DNA of 64,000 nucleotides, from NCBI GenBank assembly GCA_012295275.1, contig CM022669.1, positions 3,906,001 to 3,970,000 of the forward strand, in the 5' to 3' direction. The position numbers and the translations under genes were made by a program. Positions 1 through 14,662 of this stretch are shown here, piece after piece. Source of the DNA: Chrysomallon squamiferum (Eukaryota > Animalia > Mollusca). Every line of letters starts with the position of its first letter. Within the stretch, counting starts at the first letter, position 1. The notes below the pieces were generated by a model. It searched no databases. It saw only the letters and a program-made list of their open reading frames with translations, and was not told where the DNA came from.

Positions 1-327
1 TATGTATGTATGGGTGTATGTATGTATATATGTATGTGTGTATGCATGTATGTATGTCTGTATGTATATGTGTGTATGTCTGTATGTATATGTGTGTATG
101 TATGTATGTATGTATGTATGTATGTATGTATGTATGTATGTATGTATGTATATGTATGTATGTTTTTAATGTATGCATGTATGTATGTCTGTATGTATAT
201 GTGTGTATGTATGTATGTATGTGTGTATGTATGTATGTATGTATGTATGTATGTATGTATGTATGTATGTATGTATGTATGTATGTATGTATGTATGTAT
301 GTATGTATGTATGTATGTATGTATATG
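1..327. repeat. (ATGT)n tetranucleotide microsatellite
   Basis: Direct reading; explains the spurious MYVC ORFs. Confidence 0.97.
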
Positions 328-904
328 TAAGTACGCATATTCTGAGTATACTAATTATCGCCAGAAACTAAAAACAGACAGGTACTAAATTAAGACTAAA
401 ACGTGAGATGTCTTCCACTTCTTACACTTTGCGTACACGCCGAGTGCTCTCGTTATTAACGCCTTTTTCTTTGATCGATTTTAGTAACATTCTCTCTAGG
501 TGTGTGACTTTTACACAGTTTTTATTAGTGAACACGTGCAGTGCTCTGTAGTAACATACCCACGTACACACATGTGTTCTCGTATGGAAATTTCAGTACA
601 ATAATTATCTTCATTTACCAGAAAACCACCAAAAAAAACAAATGTACATTTAAACACACATAATATAACAATACTTTCTCCATTCCTCTATTTCTTTTCT
701 TCTCTCTCTCTCTCCTTCTGTTCATCTAGCTCTCTCGCTATCCTCCCGCAAAGATACACAGAGTAATTAAGCAAACTTGTTAATATTCCTTGTGTAAAAT
801 TTACTTTTATTTTATTTCTATGCTTTATATATATATCAAGATTTCTATATATCAGCTTTTCATATAATTCGTATGTATATATATGTGTGTGTGTGTGTGT
901 ATAA

Positions 905-911
905 TAGATAA

Positions 912-946
<35 letters not shown>

Positions 947-990
947 AACAGATGGATGGATAGATAGATAGACGGATGGATGGATGGATG

Positions 991-1022
<32 letters not shown>

Positions 1023-1072
1023 CATAGATAGATAGATAGATATAGCTAGACAGACAGACAGATAGATAGATA
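905..1072. repeat. Compound (GATA)n/(GACA)n/(GGAT)n microsatellite
   Basis: Direct reading. Confidence 0.95.
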
Positions 1073-2215
1073 TAAACATTTCTCTATATCAGCCTTTCAT
1101 ATATTTTTTCTGTTTGTATCTGATAATACAATATTGTTCTCATTTCAAAATTTTCAAGTAAATATACTGCCATACAACAGCTAGGATGTAGCAAAAATTC
1201 AATAAAATAATATAGCACAACATTTCAGTGTAAAATTGCAATACATACATTTTCTATGCATTATAATTAGATAATTAAATTTCTATCATTTTAGTCACAG
1301 CAAAATATGTATGTGTATTAAATTTGTATGTATGAATGCATGTATGTATGAATGTATATATGTATGAGTCTATGTATGTGTGAGTGTGTGTGTATTTTTT
1401 TTTTTTTTTTTTTTTTTATTATTTTTAAAAAGGCCATGCATCTATGTATTTGGCATTTTATAAAAAAGAAGAAAAAAAATCCTGTATGTAAATAAGACAC
1501 GAGAACATTTATAAAAGCAGAGTGAGGTGATTTCTACTTTGATTTGAAATGTAGCCTGAACACAGCTTATTTCTAAATAGCGTGGTCCCTGGCTTTGCGC
1601 TTTCACCTCAGTTGAGCGGAAAAGATTTCTCCTGACAATGTTAATTTGAAAAGTCTGCTTTTCGCGAAGCCCTGTGTTGTAGATTGTAATTTCCAGGGTA
1701 TCGGAGTACAGCCAGTAGACAAAGGTTTGTAAGGCGATAAGATAATGAATAAAAGATGTCTGCATGAATATGCATGTTAATTCCTAACTTGACTCTAAGT
1801 GAAAATTACTTTTTGATCTAAGTTCCTGTTAGTTCAAGAAAGGAATCTGTATTCTGAAGCCACTTTTCAGATAAATACGTAAGTGAATATACATGGAAAC
1901 ACATATATGCACATATAGATAGAAAAACGTAATTCCATATGTCTGTATATGTGTATATGTAAGAGTGTATGTGTATGTGTGTGTGTTTGTCTGTATATAT
2001 ATACGTACATGAATTACATGTATTCCTACATAGAAAAACGTACTTACATATCCACGTACACAGACGTACATATACTTACATACATACATTCATATACACA
2101 TACACACACACTATCAGAGTACTAATAATAATATCAGTAGCAGCAATGGTGATAGTCTAAATAATAAGTAGTCAATGAATCAGTTAAATTAACGTAAATT
2201 AATTAATTAATTAAT

Positions 2216-2259
2216 CTGTGTGTGTGTGTGTGTGTGTGTGGGTGTGTCTGTGTGTGTGT

Positions 2260-2299
<40 letters not shown>
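2216..2299. repeat. (TG)n microsatellite
   Basis: Direct reading. Confidence 0.95.
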
Positions 2300-2302
<3 letters not shown>

Positions 2303-3872
2303 GCGGCTAAATAAGTTAGCCATGTGGATGTCCGTGAGAAATAATTATAAATGATTCGGCTGCAATATATATTTATTGACATCGTCAATTTATTTGACAC
2401 GTGTTTCAAGATACTTTTCAAATTAAATTAGACGCTAATGTTTTAAAAGACTGGACTACAAAAGGTGGAGGAAATAAATTACCGTTACTGTAGAGAACTA
2501 TATTATAATTACATTCTAGCTTCTATTTGCTTGTTATTGTATGAAACGTACGTGGTTAAATTGTAAATATTATTATGAAGCTACATAGAACTCAAAGCAG
2601 CATAGTACACTCCTTCCGTATTATTCATAGATTTCTATTAATCTTGTAATATGTTATTTTCAGCAATATATTAAGTTAAAGTTACATTCATATACACAAA
2701 TCATAACCATTATTCAGTATGTACAACTAAAGGATTATATAAATTAGCAAGACAAAAGATGTCCGATACATTTTATCAGATGAGGTTTTAAAAGCATTTT
2801 CGCGATAAAAAGATAAGTTAGTTTATAAAACTTATATAATATAAGATGACTTACCTATAGATGTAATCCGACTTAGTAAATCCGAAAATATTTGTTTAAG
2901 TTTCCAAATATATTGGAGCCAACATGGTAATCCATAAAGTGTAAACAAACTTTACTGTTTTACGTCAAACATTTATGACGTCATTTCCCCTCTTAAATAC
3001 CGGAGCTTAACTAGTAGAACGAAACGAATAATATAATAAAATAGAAATAAAAATAAATAAATAAATAATAAATATATAAAGAAAAAGGATTTCGATTAAT
3101 TTTTTTTATGGGATACAAGTTTAAATGCATAACTATAAGTAAAATATGAACTTCGCGTATTAATTTTTTTTGTTTTAATACTTGTTTAACTATTTATATA
3201 TAAGCGTTTTAAAACACAACATAGAAAACGAGTACATTTTTGTCAACTATGAATATAATTTATTAACTTCTTGTTATTTGCATGGATGTTTTGTTTGTTT
3301 ATCGGTATTAGAATCATTATTACTGTTATTTGTTTATTTATTTATTTATTTATTTATTTATCATCGTCATCATCATCATCATTATCAGTATTGTTACTAC
3401 TGCTATTATTTTGAATGATCTACAATGTATTTACTTTCATATAAAATATTGCAATGATGATTTTAACTTTTGCCGGTGACTGTTTGACTGAAAGTTATTT
3501 GAAAATGTAACATGTGTCGAAGTACTGAGAAAACTCACTGTTGACACATTCCGTGGACTCAATACTTCGATAAATCGCAATATGTTGCTTTTTGCGTCTG
3601 AATGTAGACGTTGCTCAAGTTGTCGTGCTTGGCGGCGGCTGCATCCGATATTAAACGAAATGAAAGAAGGAGAGATAAAAAGAATGAAAGGGACACAAAA
3701 AAAAAAAAAAAAAAATAGGGAGTTAAGAAATGAAAAATGAAGAAGAAAAACGCTTCAAAGTGTTAATGTAAAGTACAGTGGGAGAATCAATATTTCAATA
3801 TTCCAGTCAAGTTTGTGGCTGTGACATCTCATTTAGAAACTTTTCAGGGTGTTATGCTTTCATAACGCTGTC

Positions 3873-4215
3873 CACAACTGTGCAGCAGCTAGAACAACAA
3901 TATAAAACTTTACATGTGTAGCAAATGGGAGACAACCGCTGCGTAACAACGGTATAATAATATAGCTATGCATCAAATGGCTTTTGGAACGCAACACCTG
4001 TGACACGTATACATAATTTACAAATAAAGTATGTAACAAATGGCATTAATAACAAATTGGAGACAACCCGCTAGGCAATAACTAAAACAATAATATAAAA
4101 GTATGAGTGTACAACAAATGGGAGAAAACCGCCGTGCAGCAGTAAGGAACAATAAATATAAAGTTTGAAATATGTTACAAAATAAATGGCAAACAATCGC
4201 TGAGCAACAAAATAT
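3873..4215. repeat. Degenerate ~60-65 bp minisatellite
   Basis: Recurring core caaatgggagacaaccgctg..caacaa...aatataaa near 3922, 4054, 4114 and 4184. Confidence 0.7.
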
Positions 4216-6720
4216 GGTAAAAATAAAATAGTGATTCGTCAGAAAGAAAATAAATAAATTAGAAAATTACCTGTCAAAAATGAATATTAACGTATAAATG
4301 AATATAGTCAATAAAGCAAATTATAAATAAAATAATGCAATGAAATTGTGACCGACATCATCCATAAATTATGAAATCGCAGTTTCTTTTACCGACCTTT
4401 TTTGTTTTTCTATTTTATTAATTTATTAATTAATTAATTTATTTTAATATCTACATGTTATTTTTTTTTAAATTTATTTATTTATTTGTTATTTATTTAT
4501 TTATTACCGTTTTTTAATAAATGGCTTTCTTGTTGAGACGATCTAGAAAACTATCATTTATTCCACAGAGATATATTCATGAAATGTACGGCAGCTCGAA
4601 GTATTATTCCTGAGAAAGAGCTGAATTAACGACTGTTAAAAATGAATTTATCTGTCTCCTTACGGCTCCCTCTGGTGAGCATTAATCATCAAGTATTAAA
4701 GGAAACACATAATACCTTATCAACCGACAAAACTAAACAATAAATTCGGCACAGGATTTCTTTCCCACTGAATAATTTTCGCTGAATATATTCGATATCG
4801 TGGTTCAAAATGATTAACAATGCAATTTTTGGCTTCACTTATTTCAAGTCACGGCAGTAACCGAAAAGAAATCTAAACAATGATCAGTTCATGGGAAAGC
4901 ATTACAAGGAAGGATTGCACGCGCTAAGTTGTATACTTTATACAGATTCAGGTCCTAGATGTTGTGTATAATTAATAGGTTGAGAAAATAGCGGTATATT
5001 TATTATTTTTGTTTAAATCATTTCTTTTCTCAAATGGAGAACCTCTTTAAAATACGATATCTACAATTTGTTTTTTTTCGTTTTATTCGAATATCATGTT
5101 TTAGAAACCGTATTTTAAATATGGAATGCATGGGGGATATAATAATAAGAAGAAGAAGAAAAAAAACGAAAACAACAACAATAATAATAAATGTACTAAA
5201 AGTAGGAATAATAATGGTAATAAAAACAGTAATAACAACAAAAAAAACCTGCAGTAATAATGATAAAGCTAGAAAACATAACTTTTTTGGCATTGTTATG
5301 AGCAAATAAGAAAAAGAGAGATTAAACAGGAGTAGAAAAACACCTGTAATTGTCATTAAAGAGGTAGAGAATTTAGAGGATTCAGTAACTGCCAAGAAAG
5401 TAATCAGTAAAACACAGCTGACAGGTGTGGGGATCAGACTTGCAGATACGTAGAATTATACCAAACACAAAGATCAATCATCTCAAGTTTTTAAATAAAA
5501 TTAAACTCAAGAGCAGGTCGAAGAGAAATTCAGGATGTTTTGCATACACCCAAACACATACAAACAGTCCTGGATAACACGTATATTTATATCAAGTGAC
5601 AGTAAGTTGAATTGTTGGGAATTTTGAAATATCCAAACAAACCATTCTAAATTACAAACGGGCGACTGAGATACTACTGTGTTATGTGTTTTCGTGCAAT
5701 TTATCCCATGTTCTGTTTTTCTTAATGGGCCTACCAGTAGCTAAACGAAATGCATGCTAGCTCACCACGTGTAAAAACACACTTGTATATACTTTATGGT
5801 ATACATCTGTACTGATGCAGTGAAAAAAAACAAAAAAACACCAAGATTATAACTGCAGGAAATAAGAGATTACTTGTAATAAACTTAATAAATATCAACT
5901 TGAGATTGCAAGTAATATTTATGCTTAGCGGTTTTAGTGATATTTAATGAACAGAAACAAAGGATACTTGTTAAACTGTTTCTAACTTTGTATTTCTCTT
6001 TAAATTTCTTTCTTTTTCTTATGACCTCTCTCTCTCAGTTTATCTTTATGTGTTTTTTGTTTTTTTTTCATTCTTCTTCTTATTGCATCCTTTACTTTGA
6101 TATCTCTAAACAGTTATCAGTTCTTTTATTGAATAATAATAATAATAATAATAATACATTTTATATTATTTTCCATAACAATACAGTTTTATGTTAAAGT
6201 TTTTAAAACATATTTATTTTTATTTTGGCTACTTTATATATGACGATATTATCATCAATAAGTAAAACAGATCTTTTTATATTTTAAAATTAGTCAAAAA
6301 TTCATGCAATTCTAAACGAATATTGGCGGAAGACATTTATGATGCCTGATATAGTCAAAGCGTGGCCGAAGAATTTTAGTTTTTTACTTTAGTGTCGGAA
6401 TTTATTTAAACAAGTGAAGTTTACTGTTTTATATCCGAACAAAACTGTATAATAAAATGAACATAAAATGCGTCTAATTCACAAATCGTTCCAAACAAAT
6501 GATTCTCACTTTGCTGTTTCTGGCATCATGTTCCAGACTTCGTGTTAACTGTTACTACGCAATATTTGTCAGCCGAAATCAGCATCATCGGATCAAGATG
6601 TTTTTTTTTTTTTTTTTTTTTTTTTTGTTTTAGATTTTTTAAAGTTGTGGAGTATTTTTATTTTTAATTATTTATTTATTTTTCACATGTTTGTAACAAT
6701 ATCATATCTTTTACCATCAG

Positions 6721-6775
6721 GACGAGAAGAATCAGATTATAAAGATCAGTGTTTGGCTTCGACAGGTGAGTTTTT

Positions 6776-6806
<31 letters not shown>

Positions 6807-7920
6807 TTCTCTTTTCATTCATTCATCCATCCATTCGTTTATTTATTTATTCATTCATTTTTTCTTCCGTTCGTTTATTTATTCATTTGTTTGTTTATTT
6901 ATCTATTTATTTATTTATTTAATTATTTATTTATTTTATATTACGCTTTAAAAAAACGAAATGCTTATTAAATCATTTTATTAATATGTGTCATTTCTTA
7001 TTGTGCTTTTCCTGTTAAATTATGCCTTTGGTGTTATGAATAATAGGTCATATTTCCAAGTTATTTTGTTTTGAACTTATCACTGGTCATAAAGACAATA
7101 AAATAAAACTGCTACGCAAAACGTTTGATACGCAGTTCTATCTGTTGCTAAGTGAAGTCATGACGACATTACCTGTCAGCAACAGATCTCAAACAAATCG
7201 TGTAGCACTCATTGTACTCGATGACATAAAGGTACAGAAAAATTAGAAAAAGAAAAGAAAAGGAAAAAATACAAACAAAATAACTTGGGAATTATTCAAA
7301 ATATATTTACACTATTTTTTGTTTAATATAATTTTAATTCGAAAGACGCAAAAAAAAACTAAATAAATAAAAACAAAATACATAAATAAAAAGATTAAAG
7401 TAAATAAAGTGAAGAAAGAAAGAAGAAGAAGAAAAGGTTTTATTTGAAGCTAACGTTTAATGACTACTTATCTAATCGCAGACATATTTACAGCATCATT
7501 TGAAATTATGCCATGATACGCAGACTACTTTATGTTTTATTTCTTATTTTATTTTAAACAAGATCAATCAGTTTCGTTTTAGGTAAGTCTGACAGGTAAT
7601 CTTTAATGTTACATTCAAAACAGAATACAGTGTATATTTTGATTTACTTGATAATGCTGAGGGTGTCTGAAAGTAAAGAATCATAAACTCAGAAAGTAAG
7701 TAATAATAAAAAGTAATTAACTACAATATCTGGGTAATCAAGACGTGTCGGACAACTCTGTATTCAGTCAGATGTATGTGTTCTGTTGTAGGAATGGTAT
7801 GACATGCGACTGCAGTGGGACCCTGAAGAATACGGAGGAGTAAAAAACTTCACATCCCGTCTAACGATCTGTGGAAACCAGATCTTGTCTTGTACAACAA
7901 GTCAGTAGAAATAAACGATT

Positions 7921-8006
<86 letters not shown>

Positions 8007-10173
8007 GCACGGACACAGAGTCATATTAACATTCACAAATCAAACATATTTTTTTCGTAAGAAATATATATATATATATATATAATTTTTTAACCTAAAA
8101 ATCTGAAGTATGACTTGTTGACAGCACACTCTCAAAATACAAATCATATTATAATGTTCTATCATAGTTTGATCACGTACACGTTTAAACAGCATGACTG
8201 CCAGATTAACGCTAAAGTTAGGATATCACTGCTGCAGGAAATAACTACTTGCACAGATGTGGGGTTGATAACATAACAGTATAATATTTTTCTTTCTGTC
8301 ATCGTTGTTGTATGAAATTTGGCTGTAACGTACACAAAATGCATATTTTCCTAATTTTTAAAACGCCTCACTGTTTATCTTATTTACTTTTGTAACTGAA
8401 AGAGTACTCTGTAATGTGTATAATTATTAATATTACAATATCTACTATTATTATTGCTTTCTGTTACGAATAAAAATAACGATAGTAAATACACATTAAA
8501 CATGAACATCAAAAGGTGTGATAATAATGATGACGTCTAAAATGCTGACGATAATGATTAATACGATAGCATTGTTATATGTGATACATTTCTTTTTTTC
8601 AGTGCTGATGGTGATTTTGTGGTGACACTACAGACGAAGGCGACTGTACATCATAACGGCTGGATTGTCTGGGAGCCGCCTGCCATCTACAAAAGTTACT
8701 GTGAAATTGACGTGGAGTTCTTTCCTTTCGACATGCAGGAATGTTTTCTCAAATTCGGATCATGGACCTACGACGGTACCCAGCTCGACCTTCAGCACGT
8801 CTGCGACAACGGTGTTGAAGTCGCTAATAATATAATTGTCATAGACAGAGGCATAGATCTGAGGGATTTCTATGCTAACATAGAATGGGACATAATAAAT
8901 GCAACAGCTCAAAGAAGGGTCAAGTATTACCCTTGCTGCCCCGAGCCGTATCCTGACATAATGTTTAACGTGACACTGCGCAGGCGCACACTGTTTTATA
9001 CGTTGAACCTCATCATGCCTTGTATTTCAATATCCTGTCTCACAGTTCTTGTGTTTTATCTTCCAGCCGACAGTGCCGAGAAAATCACATTGTGTATTTC
9101 TATTCTCCTCGCTTTGACTATGTTTTTCTTGCTATTGTCTGACATAACTCCGCCCACATCTTTGGTGATACCACTGATTGGCAAATACTTGCTCTTTGTT
9201 CTAATTGTCGTGTCTCTGTCTATTTTCCTGACTGTATATACTTTACACATCAATTTCAAAACGCCTACTACTCACAAAATGTCGCCATGGGTGCGGAAAG
9301 TGTTTACAGAAATACTGCCCAGAATCCTGCTCATGAAACGTCCGGTTTTCAGGAAGAATTCCCCAGTTGGCAACAAAACTTGTAACGGAACTGAAGCGAA
9401 AGAGCCATCAGTTACGTCAGCATCACGTGACCGCCACACCTATGAAAATGTAGGTCAAGGTGAACACTTGGGAGAGCCCGAAGTTCCAAAATCAAAATTT
9501 GCACCTTGTGTGACAGAGGCGCTGTATGGAGTGAAATTCATCGCCGACCATTTGAAGAAAGAAGACGAGGATATGATGGTAAGTAGGAGTTACTGAAATG
9601 ACATATAAAACTGGATATTATGTAAATAAAATACAATGAGAGAATACGTCAAACACATATGCGCACCTACATATATACATACATTTATGAATACGTACAC
9701 GCATACATACATTTATAAACACATACATACATACATTATAAATGCATACATGCATGGATGGACTAAAGACAAAATGATAGTGACGAAGATTAAAGTGTGG
9801 TGAGACAAATGTATTGAGTAATAAAGACAGTCAGTCAAACAGCTAGATAGATGGTCACGGATAGACATACAAAGAAATACAGACTGAATAATTCGTATTC
9901 CTTCTTTTCTTTCTTCTTCTTTTTTTTTTTCTTCTTATTGTAAATATTTTGTGAAAAAAAACACTTGAAATCACATTTAGTTCACTATTGTTTATTTTGC
10001 AGGAAGTGCGGGACTGGAAATACATTGCTATGGTGATGGACAGATTTTTTCTGGTGATATTTTCAACAGCTTGTTTCTGCGGAACTGTCAGTATTTTCTT
10101 ATTTGCGCCATCTTTGTACGATCCTCGCTTACCGCTGGCCAATGAAGATCCAAATAACACATGTGTTTATTGA
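6721..10173 (+). CDS. Nicotinic acetylcholine receptor alpha-type subunit, cassette 1 (5' exons not found). Exons 6721-6765, 7792-7900, 8603-9578, 10003-10173
   Basis: AG/GT-bounded exons: [15 protein letters not shown]; [32 protein letters not shown]; Cys-loop [15 protein letters not shown]; loop [10 protein letters not shown]; M2 [20 protein letters not shown]; M4 [14 protein letters not shown]. Exon 7792-7900 is 109 nt versus 110 nt in the paralog (one A missing in the run at ~7842-7847). Confidence 0.95.
7925..8010. repeat. (TC)n(AC)n intronic microsatellite
   Basis: Direct reading. Confidence 0.95.
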
Positions 10174-10585
10174 TTTTATTATTTTATTTATTTATTTTTA
10201 TTTTTTGGTTGTTTTTCTTTTAAATATATATTTCCCCCCTTTTTCGTCATTTTTTCTGTGACCGTCTGCTAATGTTCGTAAATAATCGTTAATATTCGTT
10301 AATTATTGTTTATGTCCGCTAATGTTCGTAACAATTTGTTACTTTTCGTTCCGTTTCGTCATTTTTCGTTATTCCACGACCATAGTTTGGATCTGTGATA
10401 CTATCCTTTTAGATTAATTATTTATGCATTATAAATACATAAAAGAGTTTTATAAGTAATAATTGTTACATAGAACAATAACAATCAGGTATGTGACTCA
10501 TTGTCTTTTTGTTTTCTATGTGATATCTACTGAAATATACTGTGTTGTTATTAAATTATATACATTGTATATCATCTCTTGTCTT

Positions 10586-10607
10586 AATAAAATGTTTTAT
10601 AAATAAA
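10586..10607 (+). terminator. Candidate polyadenylation signals (AATAAA x2) of nAChR cassette 1
   Basis: AATAAA at ~10586 and ~10602, followed by a T/GT-rich tract, ~410 nt after the stop; the AT-rich background weakens this. Confidence 0.35.
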
Positions 10608-10656
10608 TGTTTTTTGTTATTTTAATTTATTTAAGACTACCATTTATCTATCTGAG

Positions 10657-10720
<64 letters not shown>

Positions 10721-10724
<4 letters not shown>

Positions 10725-10930
10725 TAAAAAGCTAAAAATAATTACGAACCTTTAAATACAGAATATGTAAATAAGAGAAATGAATGTTATTGTAAAATAA
10801 TTAATCTTTATTTCAATATCAGTATTGTTATTATTTAAAAAGCTGAAAATAATTACGAACCTTTAAATACAGAATATATAGATAAGAGAAATGAATGTTA
10901 TTGTAAAATAATTAATCGTTATTTCAATAT
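10721..10930. repeat. Tandem duplication of a ~100-bp unit (period ~111 bp)
   Basis: tttaaaaagct(a/g)aaaataattacgaacctttaaatacagaat...tttcaatat occurs twice. Confidence 0.9.
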
Positions 10931-13147
10931 TAATCCAACACAGTTTTCAAGATGCGTTTTAAGTACTGAACCAATAGAAACACACCTCTATATAAATAAA
11001 AACGCATAATTTGTTTCTTCTACGTAGTACATTTCTGTTTATCTGGAATGACGTCATTACTGGAAAACTGTCTTTAGATGATATTATTAATAAACAAGTA
11101 AATATGTAAAATATATAATAACAAAAGAACAAAACAAAAAAAAAAATGAAAACTGAAAAACTAAAACAAAAGAATGAAATTACAACTCCCACTATTGTGA
11201 TAACACTGATATTGTTGAATTTAGCTTAGACGTTCTGACACAATTGTTGTTGTTGTTGTTATGTTTGTTCTTTTTCTTCAGTGACTATATGCTATTTTAG
11301 GGAGCCATTTATCGCATTAAAACTCTTTAATGCACATTTTTAATAATTATACAAACTAATTTTATCATCGTTCAAAATATACAGCAGCTAAAAAAAAATG
11401 AAGCTGATCTATTTCCATAAGCAAAATGACAAAAAGCAGCCTGTGCTCTCTCTTTTATCAAACTAACCTGCTTTTTGACTTTATTATCATTTAAAAGATG
11501 ATACAAAGTCACAACTGTTCAATATCATGAAAGAACCCTTTACATAAACTAAATTATTTTGAGCGTATTTATATGAAATATCTTGCTCGGTGTATCAAAG
11601 GTTTAGTTGTGGGAGAACAGGCACGCTACACATCTTTAAGCTGCTACAACGACCTCGCCTTCGTTGGCGTCGCTGCTACGTGATTACTAAAAGACATATG
11701 TTCTGTTTCCTAAACGCCAGTGGAAAACACTTCACGCGGAGGCGCCTGTGGCCATAAACAAGCAATCTAGCCAGGTGTTTTGCTTGTAAGCTAACGCCAG
11801 GTGAAGAATTTCTTAACTATCAACTGCACTGCTACATTTTCTCGCGTGTTCTAGGCTGGCTGGGTTTGGCAGGGAAAGCGAGTCTGTTAACAGAACACGA
11901 GGGGGCTGGCAGACTCAACATGGAATGGCGTCCATCTAGCCAGTTAGATGTCAGTAGGTGTTAGGCAAATGGAGTTTCATACACAGCGGACAAGTATGTG
12001 TATTAGCGATCGCCCACACATTTGGGTATAATTATGAGTAACAGATTTTAGATTCCTGACATAAGTGATACATTATTACTGGAAACACTATTAGCAAGGC
12101 TGTCTTTCGTGCATCTTTTTAAAATAATTGTTATTAATAATAACGGGATTCCACTACTGATCGGAAACAGAATGGAATGAATAAATGAATATTTGTTTTT
12201 CTTAAAGATCTTGCCTATTCAAAATTCAACGTGACGTACACTTATGTGAATTAAGAAATTATTTTAAATATTAACTTTTATTAAATGTCAACTATGTAAA
12301 GTTTAATAAGGTGTGAGAGAAGAAAGGTGCTGTTGTTTAAGTCTTGACAGTTAGCAGTAAAGTATGGTTAATGTGTACCTTCTCGTGTATCGAAATACAC
12401 ATTTATCTCTGCTTTTCGTGAGTAATCGATATGAGCTACGGTGGACTGAACTTGTGACCTATCATTTCTCATGCGAGAGTTTTAAATATAATAAATTAAT
12501 TAACATCTTGCCTCGCGTGCAGAAATTTATTTCCTGTTTTTACATATAACATACCTCTTATATACGACAGAATTGTCTGTTTGTAATTATGACTTTTTAA
12601 TTTCTTAACTTTTTTCAATTCACCATTTTTATTTTATTTTATTTTAAGATTACAGGAAATGAGGCATTACTTTGATATTTTTCTTAATGTACTTTTATTA
12701 GGAAGAGATTAATGGAAATTTTGTATTTTTTCAACGTCTGCTGTTTTAGAAATAATAATACCAATGGCGTGACGTCAGAAGGTCAGGAAAGGTGTTATTC
12801 ACCGATAAATACAGCTTTGACCATCAAACAATTTGCTTTACTGTATTCGTAGTCTTTTGTAGTAGCAATAGCTGTGAAGTAGTAGTAGTAGTAACAATGT
12901 TGGTAATAATTATTAGTATATATACTATGAATATTTGTTTCTTTATAGTTTATATATGTATGTATGCATGTGTGTGTAAGAATGTACGCATGTATGTATG
13001 TAAGTATGTACGTATGTATGTATTTTTATTTATATCCACACATTGATCTATAAATTCTGTGTTTATCTTTCACGTTTCTTTCTGAAGTACATAGCTTTAT
13101 CACCTCTAGATTCTTAAACAGCCCATTTTACTGATAAAAGATTTGAA

Positions 13148-13179
<32 letters not shown>

Positions 13180-13819
13180 AAAAAAAAAACCGTAAACTGG
13201 AGGCGAAGTTGTTGGCAAGATCCCTAGTTGTGTTTCTCTTAATGGATTTGACAGTTTTTCTTTATGTCTGTGTGGCTTTCTTCTTCTTTTCTACATCTTC
13301 AGAGGAATCCTGAATTAGCCGAACTAAAACATCATTCATGTTTAATTAGTTGTAAGTTGTAGTGTGCTATACCAAGCCATGCAATGTACAGAAAATAGAA
13401 TTCACGTGTATCTGACTATCAGTCTACCTTCGTGTGTGTGAGCGTGTGAGCGTGTGTGTGTGTGTGTGTGTGTGTGAATGTGTGCGCGTGTGTTTCTGCC
13501 CTTCGATAAATCGATCAGTAGCTAAACGGGTAAATGGATGTACTAACACGTGCGTGCTTATATTTGTATACATTTATGTATATTATATGCATGTCTGTTT
13601 ATATATATGTTTGTATGTATGTATGTTGTTGTTGCTATTATTGTTGTTATTATTATTTAATGAACTTTATTATAATAAATATGTTGCTATTAATTAGGTA
13701 GTTTACTTTATTAACTCTCTCTCTCTCTCTCTCTCTCTTTCACTGCATAAATATATTTTTATCAACACACCAAGTTATCTCTTACAGTTCTACCTTTACT
13801 TTGATGTATTTCGTTTCAG

Positions 13820-14601
13820 GACGAGAAAAATCAGATAATTAAATTAAGTATGTGGTTACGTCAGGTAAGAATATTAACTTATTTTTGCTCGATCGACATT
13901 AACTAAATATATTAAAACCTGTGAATTTCATGTCAAAGAATAGGCGAATGAAACGTATCCATCACATAGTTTTAAATAACATATTTTATGGTTAGAAATT
14001 TTGTTTTGGAATGTCATACGAAAACCCACATTCCGTACGATTGTTAAACTTTAATTACAAGTAACAGTATTCAGGATGTCTTTGACCATTTGTTTTTTCC
14101 CATTCCGCTCAAGATAAATGCCGCTGATGATACTGCTGGTAGAAATTCGGGGTGCAACGTAACAACGGACAAAATGTCAACCATTATTCTGTATCCTCAC
14201 TTAAATAGTTCTTCAGTCCAAGTTGCTACTTTATATGCCTGAATATGTGTTCATACTGTATGTGTTTCATTACGTGTATGTATGTATGTGGGTATGTGTG
14301 TGTGTTAGTTACTCAGTATTTGACATTTTCTCCTAGAAGCGGTGATTCGTCCTCGTTTATCTGTTCTGTTGTAGGAGTGGTACGACCATCGACTGCAGTG
14401 GGACCCGGAAGAATATGGCGGAGTCAAAAAACTTCACATCCCGTCTAATGATCTGTGGAAACCAGATCTCGTCTTGTACAACAAGTCAGTAGAAATACTG
14501 CAGTATTTAGATAAGTGAGATCATATGTAGATACTGTGAATTCTGTCAAGTTTTCTACGAAATATTATTGAACACATTATATATGTATTTTTGTAATTTA
14601 A

Positions 14602-14662
<61 letters not shown>

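Noticed and set aside
6-2421. Long ORFs such as MYVCMYVC, IYLS and HTHT (also ERER, LSLS and poly-I/Y/H elsewhere)
   Set aside because: Translations of microsatellites
12364-12549. ORF containing YNKLINILPRV, reminiscent of nAChR YNKLIRPV
   Set aside because: Spacing is wrong, no LYDDLL or QLIDV context, no fitting splice sites
13242-13313. MDLTVFLYVCVAFFFFSTSSEES*, resembling a signal peptide for nAChR cassette 2
   Set aside because: No GT donor before the stop and no following N-terminal helix exon; T-rich DNA easily gives hydrophobic runs
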